DNA of 64,000 bases from Tubiluchus corallicola (taxonomy: Eukaryota; Animalia; Priapulida), in assembly GCA_030141605.1 (NCBI GenBank), contig JAQGDQ010000966.1, positions 10,864 through 74,863 on the forward strand, given 5' to 3'. Below are positions 23,705-35,852 of the stretch, piece by piece (the first letter of the stretch is position 1; each line of letters starts with the position of its first letter). Below the pieces are notes generated by a model that saw only the letters and a list, made by a program, of their open reading frames with translations, ran no database searches and had not been told where the DNA came from. The position numbers were made by a program, and so were the translations under genes.

Positions 23705-24966
23705 GAGTTCATTCTATAGTTATATCTTCTTTGCTTATTACTTTAATTATTAATCAGTTGTCCGAAATGTTTTCATACATACATTAAATTCAAGATATAA
23801 GTTGGGTGAGTCATTTTCCCTGAACGGAATAATCTTCGTTCAGATGCCAATTATTCATTAATTGATTTCAATTCTATTTTCCTAATGAACGATTTAACAT
23901 TCTAAAATAAAATAAACTTGCTTAAGACAGTGTGAAAGTGAAAAACATGACGTAAAAATATTAATTAATACCATGAACTAATAACAGCTAAAACTTGCAA
24001 AAAACAGCAAGTTGTACCTTTCTTATCTCTATGCTCTTTATCAGCTCCCCTTGCCAACAGCAAGCTAACAGTAAAATTAACTTGGTTGTATAGTGGATAG
24101 TGCGTTGTATTGGTTGTGTGTAGCTGCTTATTGATGCTTTAGGAATGGCAAAGCTATGAAGAGTTTGATTATAAAATGACACGTTTATTAAATATCAACA
24201 CAATAAATATAATGAATAGCGATGCCAACGGCCCCTGATCTAACGGTCTGTACGCTCCGGCTCCCAGACTCAATCTAAGACTGAATTTTTGAGCTGGAGG
24301 CCTTATATATCGTGCGCGGTGCCCGATGCCTCATGTAATCACGTGACACCAACATAATTACTTATCATAATTTACTGCTTTTAACATAATTTAACAGGTT
24401 CTCTTTACTCTTCTCTTCCTAATAAAGAATTTATCATCTTGGGGCTGGCTAATTTAAGTCTACATTATACAGTTGATCACAACATTGTACGTAGACAAGA
24501 TTAAATATTCAGCGTAAACATTCAATAGTTGACATGGTGATCGTATACATTTAAATACACAGCACTGGTTGTTATAAGTCAATCACGAATATAATATAGC
24601 CTCTAAACTAAAGCATATTATAGGCAACTGATTGTAAGTATGAATAAGTTGGCACGGGTGTGCCAATCTCAAAATATTAATTATGTTAAAGGATTATAAA
24701 TTACAAAATATAATACGTGTTAAAATATGTGTGGAAATATTATACGTGTTGAAGCAATTATTACCACTTATCATAACAGTTATGCATAGGCTTCAACAAA
24801 TGGTAATATGTTTACAATATCTCAGTAGCATATGAATTCAAAATATATATCATGTTTTGAATATATATAAAGGATCAAATATATATAGTAACATACACTA
24901 GAATAAACACATCGTTGATCAATTGGACGTCATCGATCGATTAAAATATAGTGCGATTGAGTTTAC

Positions 24967-25219
24967 ACTAACAAGCTCTTCATGTTCACCAGCGCAAGCC
25001 AAAGTCAGCGCGGTGTCATGGTTGCTCTCCGTTTGCGCATCGAGGTCCAGTAAAGGATACACGGGCGGGGAAACGTGAGGAGACGCGGGTGATGGATTGG
25101 GCGTGAGCGGGAGAGGGAGGGGCAAGATGGGGGTGAAAGTCAATACATTGAGTAGCCACGCTCGTCACATTGGTGGTGTAGACCTGGGTACTGTTTGTTT
25201 GTTGGCAATGGGTCGGTAC
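24967..25219 (-). pseudogene. Orphan, degenerate exon fragment of ANKHD1/ANKRD17 (mask)
   Basis: PVYPLLDLDAQTESNHDTALTLACAGEHEELVS is nearly identical to the start of the second ankyrin cluster of Mask proteins (from memory); acceptor tttcag at 25220; homology stops without a donor. Confidence 0.8.
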
Positions 25220-25813
25220 TGAAATGTTCGTTGAATCACTTAAAATCTACCGTGTGAGAATGAATAAAAACTATTGTTATGTATATAAATTATTTTAGAA
25301 AATATCCATCTATCCATCAATTAGACTCTCACTACTAGCTGCTATAATTAATTGAGGTAATCAAAACTTGAAATCAGACGTTCCTCTGAATTTTCTTTAA
25401 TTGACACTGTTATGCAATATCACTAGTAAGATGATTCTTGGCTTTGCCCATACTATAAAACAAATTTTGAAGCAAGTAATTAAAACAAGGAAGTGAAAAA
25501 GCATTCCCATACACAGAAGAATTTTCATCTGCAAACTTTATCAGTGCGACTGATGTCTTATATGGATTGGTGCTGTCTGGTGTACCCTAAAATATACAAA
25601 CGTATAAAGAAGAAACTTGTTGGCGTTGTGCTGTGGAAGACAGATTATGAACTATTGACAGTGCCACCCCCCCCCCCATATCAGCCGATAACAAAAAATA
25701 GTGATATGCTAACATAGCGATTTTGCTTTGAATCTGTTACCATCTGGTACCCCAGCCATTATATTCATTGGTCAGGAACTTGCTTGTAATGTTTGTAATA
25801 TTATAGTTCTACA

Positions 25814-25933
25814 TACTACGGCCAAATCACGTTGAAAATACCAGTTCTCGTCTGATCACCGAAGTTAAGCAACGTAGAGCCTGGTTAGTACTTGGATGGG
25901 TGATCGCCTAGGAATACCAGGTGCTGTAGGCTT
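25814..25933 (+). repeat. Full-length 5S rRNA-derived head of a SINE (not a 5S gene)
   Basis: 120-nt 5S-like sequence CTACGGCC...GAAGTTAAGCAACG...GGTTAGTACTTGGATGGGTGA...GGTGCTGTAGGCTT; no oligo-T terminator, runs into an RTE-derived body. Confidence 0.9.
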
Positions 25934-26354
25934 GCGGGATGCCCACACTGTATCTTGACACTAGGCGGAGGAGCTGCACAACCAGCCAACGGCTAAAGGG
26001 CGAAGAAGGTCAAGTGACCCAACGGCCATGTGTAGAGGAGTAAGCCTTCCAAATCAGGAGTGGAACCCCGGAAGCGGACCAGTGCAGCATGCTCACGCAG
26101 CTCCTGCAGCCAACCTGGTGCCAAACGTATCGCTCCGGTTTCCTTTGGACTACACCAGGGAGGAAGAAAGGGGGTTCCTGTTGTCTGGGCAACTCAGGAT
26201 CTTCACACACCTTGCTTAGGCATGCGGCCTGGAGACGTTCAAGGATCGGATTGCTCAGCCACAGTCGACGCTGCAGCTCCATCAATGTGATCAATAACTG
26301 ACTCTCTTGGCGCACACTCCATTGTCTTCTGAGACGGAAGGATGCCAACCAACC
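25815..26354 (+). mobile_element. 5S-headed SINE with bipartite RTE body (5' UTR-like part plus ORF end SRIGLLSHSRRC and 3' UTR)
   Basis: TSD AGTTCTACAT (25805-25814) / AGTCCTACAT (26355-26364); 3' end CACTCCATTGTCTTCTGAGACGGAAGGATGCC(AACC)2. Confidence 0.8.
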
Positions 26355-26549
26355 AGTCCTACATGATGAGAGGATTCCTTTAGGAAGCTCTTCCTGCTTT
26401 GCAGAGAGCACTTAACGGACTATCAAAACACTTCATCCAAAACTGAGCCTGTAAGCTGCGTCTACCGTATAATAGATGTTTAATATATTCGTATAATAAC
26501 CTATTACATGTTGCATCATAATTTAAATACCTATATCTAACAAATTAAG

Positions 26550-26955
26550 TGGATTGACACATTTAACAGAAGTCTTCCAAGGAAAGTTTTAAAGATAAGA
26601 TCGCCGTAGATAATCAATAATGAGGAGTTATACGCTGGAACGAAAGAAATTTCTTGGAGATCAAAAGTCAAGATTCAGAAGATTAAGATGGCTAGGACAT
26701 CTTCTGAGATTACCAAGTAAAGCACTAATAAGAGTCGCCTTAAAGGAAGCCATAAAACCTTGCAAAAAACCACCTGGGAAACCAAAGACAACTTCGATAG
26801 CTAAGATAAATAAAGATATCCAACAACATCAACCAAATCTATCTTTATAAGTAAAAGAACTTGAATTGTTAGCTGCTGATAGGAGTGGGTGGAATGTTCT
26901 AATAAATGTTAATACCTCAGTGTCTAGAACAGATGGAATGAGACGTTGAAGATGA
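26550..26955 (+). mobile_element. Decayed 3' fragment of an RTE/RTEX-like LINE
   Basis: INNEELY, RRLRWLGHLLRLP, KKPPGKPKTT, LAADRSGW across frameshifts. Confidence 0.65.
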
Positions 26956-27747
26956 AACATTTGGGTACCAAAATCGTCATTTTATCTCTCTAATGGCTAA
27001 GGCTATGGCTTTCAAATATCAGCAACAACATCGTAAAAGCGGCCTTTAATGAATAATTTCCGATTCACTTAATATTCAAAATTAAACAGCTTAATGGGTT
27101 CGAGATCTAAGATTGTGCAAAGTTTAACTTTTAGGCAAAATGAACAAGTTTTTCGCCATATTTTACAGTACACAATGTAGCAAGGTTCGAGAACCTGGCG
27201 GCCATTTTGTTCTTTCTTGTTTATTGGACTGTTTCAAGTCCTTTATTCGCTTTTAGTGGTCTAGTAGCAGTTTTTAGATTCAGCAAAGTCGAACAAGTAA
27301 AAATAATTTGCGTTTTGTTTATTATACTAAATTACATTACATTATCACATTAAATTTTTACATGAAACAGCTAGTATAATTCCACAGCCGGAAGAATTTC
27401 GTTTGTTGGCGGCCATTTTGAAACATGCGGCCATTTTTGAAATAAATGTAACAATAATGAATTTCTGAAGTTTAACAATACGTGCACTTGGAATAGATTT
27501 CATAATCCTTTGATTTATAACTTGATTTTCAAGCACGCCTCAGCTTTTTCTCTGATTCAGCACAAACAAGTTAATAAGATTGGCTATGTTCACCACTTTT
27601 AGAAGAAAATTCCTCCAGGCCCAAAAAGACCAAGTTTCTACTTTTCTGAAAATTCGTCTAGTCTAGGACGAATCTTAGAAAATCACGATCGCTTACTGTG
27701 TGTATGGTACGAATGTATGTAAAACGGCAGAGGAAAAATGGCATGGT

Positions 27748-29923
27748 CAAGGACTACTATACAACAGGACGTGCACAGTCAGATCTCTGACTCGGCTAGC
27801 GGAGACGATCTATTTTTAACATTTAGTGCTAATAATTTGGACATATTTACCCCCCATGGTGACCTATAGCATGCCACAATACACATAGAACATATTCCTC
27901 ATTCATCTAGTAATCTCAAACAGTGGTACCTATGATATCCCCCCCCCCCCAAAAAAAAACACACCATATCTGCAACTCATTGTAAACTGAGAACTCACCC
28001 TTTATTCTGTCACTCTGAAGTTCACGCAATAATACGTAGTAAAATCCAACAGAAAACAAGTGCCTACAGATAGCGAGGAGTCCCTCCGTGGTCTGAATCA
28101 AAGCTTTTCGCGTATCATGTGTCAGGCATTCAATTCTATTTGGTCCGTGTCCTGATTCGGTTTGCTTAAACAGAGTCAACAACGACTGAAGAGTATCAGA
28201 TGAATCAGAGTACCACACTCGTGTATTTTCCAAGGGATGTTCAGCCTCCCAGTCTGTTCGTCGGGTAAACAATTTGCAGTATTGTTGGTTGATCTTGTGG
28301 TTGTCCGTCATGGACCCTAAAACAGTTCCTCCCGAATTCTCAACCACTGTAGCAGCCTCCTTCACGACAGAGAATTGATATGTAGCAGTCAGCTTGTGAA
28401 CTGGGGTCACTGATATCATCATGCTGGGGCCACCATGTAGACATTTAGCCATCACACATAGCATTGATGTAGCTTTACTGTCTGGCTCATTTTTTGCCAT
28501 GCCATTTAGCACACCCCCTGAAAAAGCCACTGTTGGGCGTATTTTCACTTCATCCACCAATAGCATACAGTGTTTCTGCTTAGAGCTTTTTACTTTCTGA
28601 AATGTTTTACCTAGCACCTTGTCAATATCTGTCGATGAAATAACTGACTGCAGCTTTCTTTTGCTGGGTGACACTAAAAAGTCACGCAGCTGTTCGTAAT
28701 TGCAATGGGGAAATGACTCTATTGCAAAGCAATAATCAGACACTGTGAAAGTCTTATCACATAATAGTCGAAGCTGTCGTGTTAGAAATTTGAGCTTCTT
28801 GGCTTTAACATTAACACTAGGAGATTGTTCTCGATTTTGGGCTAGTTCAAGTTCAAGAGACTTTGTCACTTTGTTGACAATATCATCAACATGATGAATG
28901 TGGTTGACAACAGAATTCACAACCGCGAAAAATTGTGAGGAAGAGGACAGCCCATTGTTCGGACTGAGGATTTTACTTAATGGCACACTGATCCCGTTTT
29001 TGAAAGCATACAGAGTAAGAGGGGAACACAAGGTAGGCTTATTGTGAACAATAATTGACATATAACATTGACTGTGGTCCTCTTCCATGAACATGCACAC
29101 AAATTTGTCTTGTGTGCTAGATATAATGAGGTTCTGATACATCTTATGCAGGTCTTTCTCAGGAGTGAATTCATTGAGAGAAGTTATTTTATCCTTTTTA
29201 AAGAAATAATTCAGCTGCTGGTCGGCGAGGTGGTGGCTTTGGAGTGGGCAAGCATGATGTTGGAACGTTGAAAATACTGGGTGGATCCACTGGCCTGGTG
29301 TGATCACCTGGAATTTTGACCATTTGAGTATCCGATGGCCAATGCTTTTCGCAAATGAAAAATTTCGTTGGATCAACAACAAAGCCTTCGCGTGGGGGAA
29401 GAACACTTAGCCATTTCTGTTTTTCTACATGATCTCTTGGCAGTCTGAACACACGACACTTGTTCTCCGTGTCATAGTTACCTTTGCATTTAACAACACC
29501 ACACTTGTTAGGCATGCTGCTGAGCACAGATGTATAAAATCCACGAGAAATTTTGAAAATAATCCTCAAAGAACAAACACAAGCATGAAAACAACGCTTC
29601 ACTTGACTTTCAAGTTTCCCACAATGACAAAGCACTACTTCCTATAAAATACACTTACGCCTAAAGTAGTGCGCTATTTAAGAAGTAAAAATGAACACTA
29701 ATTTCCTTTGATACATAAAATAAACAATTGGTATTTTTCTCCCGTAATGTAAAGAACCAATTAAATGAAAAATAATACTCGCTATCTACCGATCCGCCCA
29801 TTCTTGAATTTCCAAGATCACTACTCTCTCACCATTTCTAGATTACGTTCATACAAGTATTGATCGCCTCCGCTGGCTGAATCAGAGATCTGAGCGTGCA
29901 CGTCCTGTGTATAGTAGTCCTTG
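27748..29923 (-). mobile_element. Defective P-superfamily (THAP9-like) DNA transposon
   Basis: ~63-bp TIRs starting CAAGGACTACTATACA; perfect 8-bp TSD GGCATGGT (27740-27747, 29924-29931). Confidence 0.92.
27980..29515 (-). pseudogene. THAP-domain P-type transposase, frameshifted (~29225), internally deleted (~28210) and 3'-truncated
   Basis: THAP MPNKCGVVKC..FRLP..KW..FFICEKHW..PPSIF; core LLVDEVKI, SMTDNHKIN, LRELQSDRIKGEFS. Confidence 0.88.
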
Positions 29924-31838
29924 GGCATGGTAAAAATGGCATAGTAAAAATGGCACAGGGAAAAATGGTGGTGTGCTTACGGTAAGGGTTAAAGTGGGGT
30001 ATAATTATTTTAGTTATTCCTGCCAAGGAAGTTATGCTTCAACACAGTTTGTTTGACTGTTTTTTGGTTGTTTTTTGTCTGTTATGACATTAAGCCTATT
30101 ATGCAAAAAACTATCTAACAGATTTCCTAGAAGCTTTTTGAAGAAAGGTGGGCATAGAGTGCCAAAATGGCAATCTTTTTTCGCAAAACTTGATGGAACA
30201 CCACTTACAAAAAACGTTCGTGAAGCACTCCACTGAGGAATCTATCTCCACCAGGACACTCAACTACGAGTTAGTTCCTAATTCCATTTCGACAAAGTCT
30301 CGCTTGTAAAATTATGTAACAGTGTGCCATTAATTAAAGAATGTACCAGCTCTGCCTCAAACACCCGGACGACAAGAATAAATTTTACAACTTTATTGTA
30401 ACTCGTAAAGAAACGTGGTTATAACTAGAAAGATGAGCGCAGCCAAAAAACGAAGAAGTTGAAAACAAAAAAGCCATTTTGCAAAAGGGACAAAGTTGAT
30501 AACACTACCAGCACGCATGTATACTGGCGCTGCTTATTATAATAACCTTTGCTTATTAAGGTATATAGCCTTATAAGGTAACTTGGTATGCAAATACGTA
30601 CATATTTGTCATTCTATCACAATGGTCAAATTTAATGGTGAAAAGGGTCGATAATAACTATTATGAAACATTCATGCATTATTAATTAGAAATCCATTTT
30701 AGTGAACAAACATTTTGTGAGTCTTTTGCTAGCCTATAATCAATACAGGTACATTTTTGTCTGTCTGCTTGCTTATCTTTCTGTTAATATTTTTGGATCA
30801 AAAGAATCATCATGATAATAATCATAATTTTTTTATTTATCTTGCAACACACATACAGTTAGAATACAATTAATTTGGAAAAAAATGTGGAGAAAGGGCA
30901 GCGAAGGACCAATTGATCATCCAGTCAGCTGCCCTTTGGTTAGTGATGAACATTTTTATAAGCGCTACAGTGTATTAGTGTTAGTACTGCTTATAATAAA
31001 GATTTAATTGTTACAAATGACATTAAATTGATATGCTTATAACGTGTTAATACAATTCATACACAGTAATAATAAGTGCATAATAAAAAATTAAACAAGA
31101 ACTGAAAATAAAAATCTGACAACTGAAACATAAAACAATGGCAATTGATATATATATAACTAAATAACACAAGTATAATTCTTAGACAGTCAAAAATAAA
31201 TTATCATGTAAGTAATAGAACTGAGAATCAGGTTTATCTCTTTATATATATTGGGATATTGAAGTATATAAATTGGGCGTTAATTTTCATGCACAGGCAT
31301 ACAGAAGTTACAATTTACATAACAAAAAGCGTATCATGCGGGGGAAAACAACCGGAATAAAAAATTACACTGTAAACAATATTGTAAGTTGTGCGTTATA
31401 GTCGTGCAAAATCAACCGAATGTATAATGGAGTAAATTAAAAAATTACAAAGCGATGAGTTCAAATAAATAGGCAGATAATCAGATGAACAAGATTAGGA
31501 CTGCTCAGCTTTGGCAGAAATCTGCTTCCTACTGAGCGCATTCTAGTTTATAGAAATCAATTGCATTAAAATAACATAGTGCCATTTTTTACCTACTTTT
31601 GAAATTGTACCATTTTTGCTGTGCCTTTTTTACCTTGCCATGTTGTTCTGTGCCATTTTTCTGAGCTATTCTTTCCTGAGACACCGTATGGTACAAATAC
31701 CTAGGATTTTTCTGACTTTCAAACGGGCGGGAATAAATGACAATGGCTTGTTATCGATCTTTAATTATTTCACAAAAATAGTTAGCGCTAATATATATAA
31801 CGTGCGTGTGATGGCAGCACCAATTATATTTACACTTC

Positions 31839-31851
31839 GTTGCATGGTTAC
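31839..31851. promoter_or_regulatory. RFX X-box-like motif upstream of CFAP43
   Basis: GTTGCATGGTTAC (reverse complement GTAACCATGCAAC), ~115 bp before the ATG of a motile-cilia gene. Confidence 0.55.
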
Positions 31852-31964
31852 GGGCGTACGTATGCTGGCGAGTCAGTGCTTTTGAGATTTTGATTAAAAT
31901 TATAGTTTCTCGTAGTAAAAGTTGTCTGAGTTTATCGTAGTTAGTGATTGAATTGATCTCAAAA

Positions 31965-31996
31965 ATGACCACTGCGTTTGGCAACTTAAAAACAAG
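31965..31996 (+). CDS. CFAP43: CFAP43 exon 1 (MTTAFGNLKTR)
   Basis: AAAATG start, AG|gtattt phase 2 joins exon 2 to give RWVQG. Confidence 0.7.
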
Positions 31997-33654
31997 GTAT
32001 TTTTAAATGAAGTTGGTATTTAAGATACGGGCCATTTTGCGATCGTTAATACCGGTATCAACAATGATAAAATCATTAATCAAAAGTAATAATGTTATTG
32101 TTGATTGTATGAGTAATCACATCATTTATGCATATGTTTGTCGAATAATTATAATAAATATCGAACATCTAGTATAATATTATCAGACTAATTTGGAAAA
32201 TAACTATTTTCAAATAAAGTTTGTTGACTTTCACTGGCTAACTTCATAAAAATATACAAATGTTATTGTTTGCAGTTAAGAAAGATCGGCAATTATTGTG
32301 ATGCCAAATATTCAAGTGCGACTCACAATTCAACAAATATTTGGTGATTTAGCAGCAAAACTGTTTTCTTGTTTGCCTGAGTTACTAATAGTAATATCGC
32401 TTTTGAATTTAGTAACTAAAATGATAATTATTATTGATGCCTGTTTTTTTTTCAAAAAAGCTCCTCTTTTTTAAGTACCGCTTTTGGATTTACATGAATT
32501 TTTGAATAATGAATTCATAAACGACAGGAAAGCATTAGTGTCGATTAAGATTTAAGATTAGGCCCATATTGAAAACAGGAGATGATTTTTGAAAAAGTGT
32601 ACATTTTAACACTTATCATTTACTCCTTCAGGACCCCCACCATTCAAAATAGGTCTTATAGGACCTATGACTTTTTTGCTACTGCATGAGTACAGACTTG
32701 ACTAAACGGTCGCAAATTAGGTATTGTTCAACTCTGGAGAATATTGGCTATCCAATCATGCTATTTGTTTGACCATTTATAAGTGACTTAATTTGGTAAA
32801 ATTAAGAAAAACACGCCCATTTAGGCACTCAAACTTAGCCTATTAAGTAGCTTAGTCTGGTACATTGTTGCATGATCGTACATGCTATTTTATTGATCGA
32901 GATTTGAAGTCAAAGTTTATTAGAGCGTCGTGTCTTGATAGTCAAAATTTTTTGCATTTTCTGCACATATGTGCTACATCAGAAGTGAATTGAGAATTAC
33001 AGCATCTGTTTTCTGCATAATGCAGCTCAAAGATGCAGGCGCTGTGTCCATCTAACTAGGCAATTGAGAAATGCATATAATTAGTCGTGAATGTCAAATC
33101 AAACTTTTGTGGTTGTAATTCTTTCACACAAGTAGCTCTTAAAAAAACTATATCCCTTTCGATATTTTATACATTGAACTATTTTGAGCTATAGTTTAAA
33201 ATTGAGTTCTGTTTCCCTTTAATTTTCACTTAATTTTAGTTTTTGTTACTCTGCTGAATAAAGTAAATACTTTTTCATGCTCTGTGATGAGAAAAATAGA
33301 TGAGTTTTGTGATGTGCGTAACTGCAAAGTCAAGCAGAACTAGTCTTGTTTGTAAAAGGATGGGTGACTGCTGAGAGATATTTGGCTTCTATATTGCCCA
33401 CAGTTATATGGCTCATTGAAGAAAGTTGTGTTCATGTTATAATGCGGGCAAAGGCACGTTCACATTGTCCCTGGTTAGATTTCTTTCATCGTTGTTACAT
33501 CTATTAGTTGTGCCAATTAGATCTGGTACAGAGAACTGGATATCAGGTTTACGAAATAAATCTGCCCTCAAGACAAGTAAATACAACAGTTAATCTAGGA
33601 AAGGAACTAGACATTGCTATATGAATGTCATTGCTTTGTCAGCAACGTGTCGTT

Positions 33655-34110
33655 GTAATCCCGGTGCAAGGTTGCAATGGCGGATATCTTTAGCATGTAA
33701 TATCAGCTGTTTCCTGAGCAATATTGCCTATCAGCTGCATTATTTGTGATTTTACGTTTTGTAGATGGGTACAAGATTGCAATAGCGGATATCTTTTAGT
33801 TTATAATGCCAGCTGTTTCCTGAGCAATATTGCCTATCAGCTGCATTATTTGTGGCTATACATTTCGTAGGTGGGTGCAAGATTACAATAGCAGATATCT
33901 TTAGCTTATAATGCCAGCTGTTTCCTGAGGAATATTGCCTATCAGCTGCATTATTTGTGGTTATACATTTCGTAGGTGGGTGCAAGATTACAATAGCGGA
34001 TATCTTTATCTTATAATGCCAGCTGTTTCCTGAGCAATATTGCCTATCAGCCGCTTTATTTGTGGTTATGTACTTTGTAGGTGGGTGCAAGGTTACAATG
34101 GTGGATATCT
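33655..34110 (+). repeat. 105-bp tandem repeat containing the exon 2 acceptor and the first ~30 nt of the exon
   Basis: GTAG|(G/A)TGGGT.CAAG.TT.CAAT at 33764, 33870, 33975 and the real site 34080. Confidence 0.92.
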
Positions 34111-34253
34111 TCAGTTCATCAATAATCAGGTTCTTGTGTGTCATATTGGGAATCACTTAAAATTCTTGACCGTAGTGTCCGGAGAGACGGCTTCAGCCGG
34201 AGACGAACAGTTGTTCAGCAACGGCACCAGCGGCATTAATGTTTTCACTGTTG
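34081..34253 (+). CDS. CFAP43: CFAP43 exon 2 (WVQGYNGGYLQFINNQVLVCHIGNHLKF...)
   Basis: tttgtag/gtaagt; resembles human [29 protein letters not shown]. Confidence 0.9.
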
Positions 34254-34732
34254 GTAAGTGCTGCCATCCTGTGCTAGTTATGCAAGGCTTCCAAGCTCCG
34301 CAATATCCTCTCCACATTCCTGCTCCACTTCCTGTAGCTATTGGCAAGTAATGGCTATATACGCACTGTATGCTCATTCCAGTTTAGACAATGTGGCCAG
34401 CCGGTCACTTTGCTGCTTTTCTGCCTCCAGAAACTGACACACTGACAGTGAGACAGTGAAAATGCAGAAATGCACCCAGAAAGTTCTGTTATTCAATAGT
34501 AGTGGTTTGGAAAACTGTCATAAGTGAGATTTGGACCCAAAACCTTTGGATCTGCAACCAAATTTGTAACCGTTCAACTGGCACACTTTCCTTTTGTAGT
34601 GCGAAACGCAAAGAAACATAGGCAATTACGAAAATTACTAAAACCAGTCACCCAAAATTTCAAATTATTTTTGTTGATGTACACAATTTTTAGATACTGT
34701 ATGTGTATCATTTGCGTACTTGTATGTTTCAG

Positions 34733-34831
34733 CACATGGAAGAAATTTGTTCGCTGTATCGGCTAAAGCATTAGATCCCGGCATTTATGTTTATAATTAT
34801 CCGACTTTTCATCTGTTGGCCACGCTCAAAC
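34733..34831 (+). CDS. CFAP43: CFAP43 exon 3 (AHGRNLFAVSAKALDPGIYVYNYPTFHLLATLK)
   Basis: tttcag/gtacgt, phase 1-1. Confidence 0.88.
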
Positions 34832-35198
34832 GTACGTTTATTTTGTTACAAATTTACGTAGGATAACGCTACGTTTCCATAAAGCGTAATGTATGCATAA
34901 TAATAATACATAAAGCGGCATTTATGTTGCATCTGTATGCGGATGCATTTTCCACTTATGGAACAGCGCGTGGAAAAGATAAATATGAATAGTTGCAGAA
35001 GAAGAATAAGGCATACTCAGGCTGCATAAATGGATGCACTGAAAACAATGTAAACAGTTTTTATGAATTCTTCTGCATCCTGATGTTACTTAAACGCCCC
35101 TTAAAACTTGTAAATTTGTACTTCCGAAATGTGCAGCCATTTTAGCAGTATTTCGTTTCGCAAAAAGTTTTTTTGACACACTTTTTCATGCGTTTTAG

Positions 35199-35292
35199 CT
35201 GCGGCTGAGATGGAGATTTTAACCATGACCATGTCATACAGTGACCATTTAGCCAGCATTTCCGGTATACCAGATTTTGAACTCATATTGTG
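35199..35292 (+). CDS. CFAP43: CFAP43 exon 4 (..SYSDHLASISGIPDFELILW)
   Basis: ttttag/gtatgt, phase 1-2; human YLASYSSLPEFELALW. Confidence 0.92.
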
Positions 35293-35324
35293 GTATGTAC
35301 TGTCTGGCTTTCTGTTCCCCCTTT

Positions 35325-35552
<228 letters not shown>

Positions 35553-35681
35553 CTCCCTTTCTATAAATTGTTATCTTCTATAAATTAATGGTGAGACTTG
35601 TGTTTGATCATGTAAATTAGTGAATAATGAATAAATTTTAAAATTTCGTTCTCTAATTACGGAAGCATGTTGTTTTTCCAG

Positions 35682-35852
35682 GAACTGGAGAGACCAGACG
35701 AAGATGTGCAGAATGTCGTTGACGGCTGAGACAGTGCCGAAAGAGTTACTCTTTAATCCGCTGAACTGGCGGCAACTTTGCGGGTGTTGCAAAGATCAAG
35801 TGTTTGTGTGGACAGTCGAAGTGGCAGAGAAAGTTTGCAACATTACTCGGAG
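35682..35852 (+). CDS. CFAP43: CFAP43 exon 5 (NWRDQTK..FNPLNWRQLC..VWTVE)
   Basis: ttccag/gttctc, phase 2-2; human FNPMNWRQLC. Confidence 0.93.

Noticed and set aside
25814-25933. Functional 5S rRNA gene
   Set aside because: No oligo-T terminator, several stem mismatches, and it lies inside a TSD-flanked retroposon.
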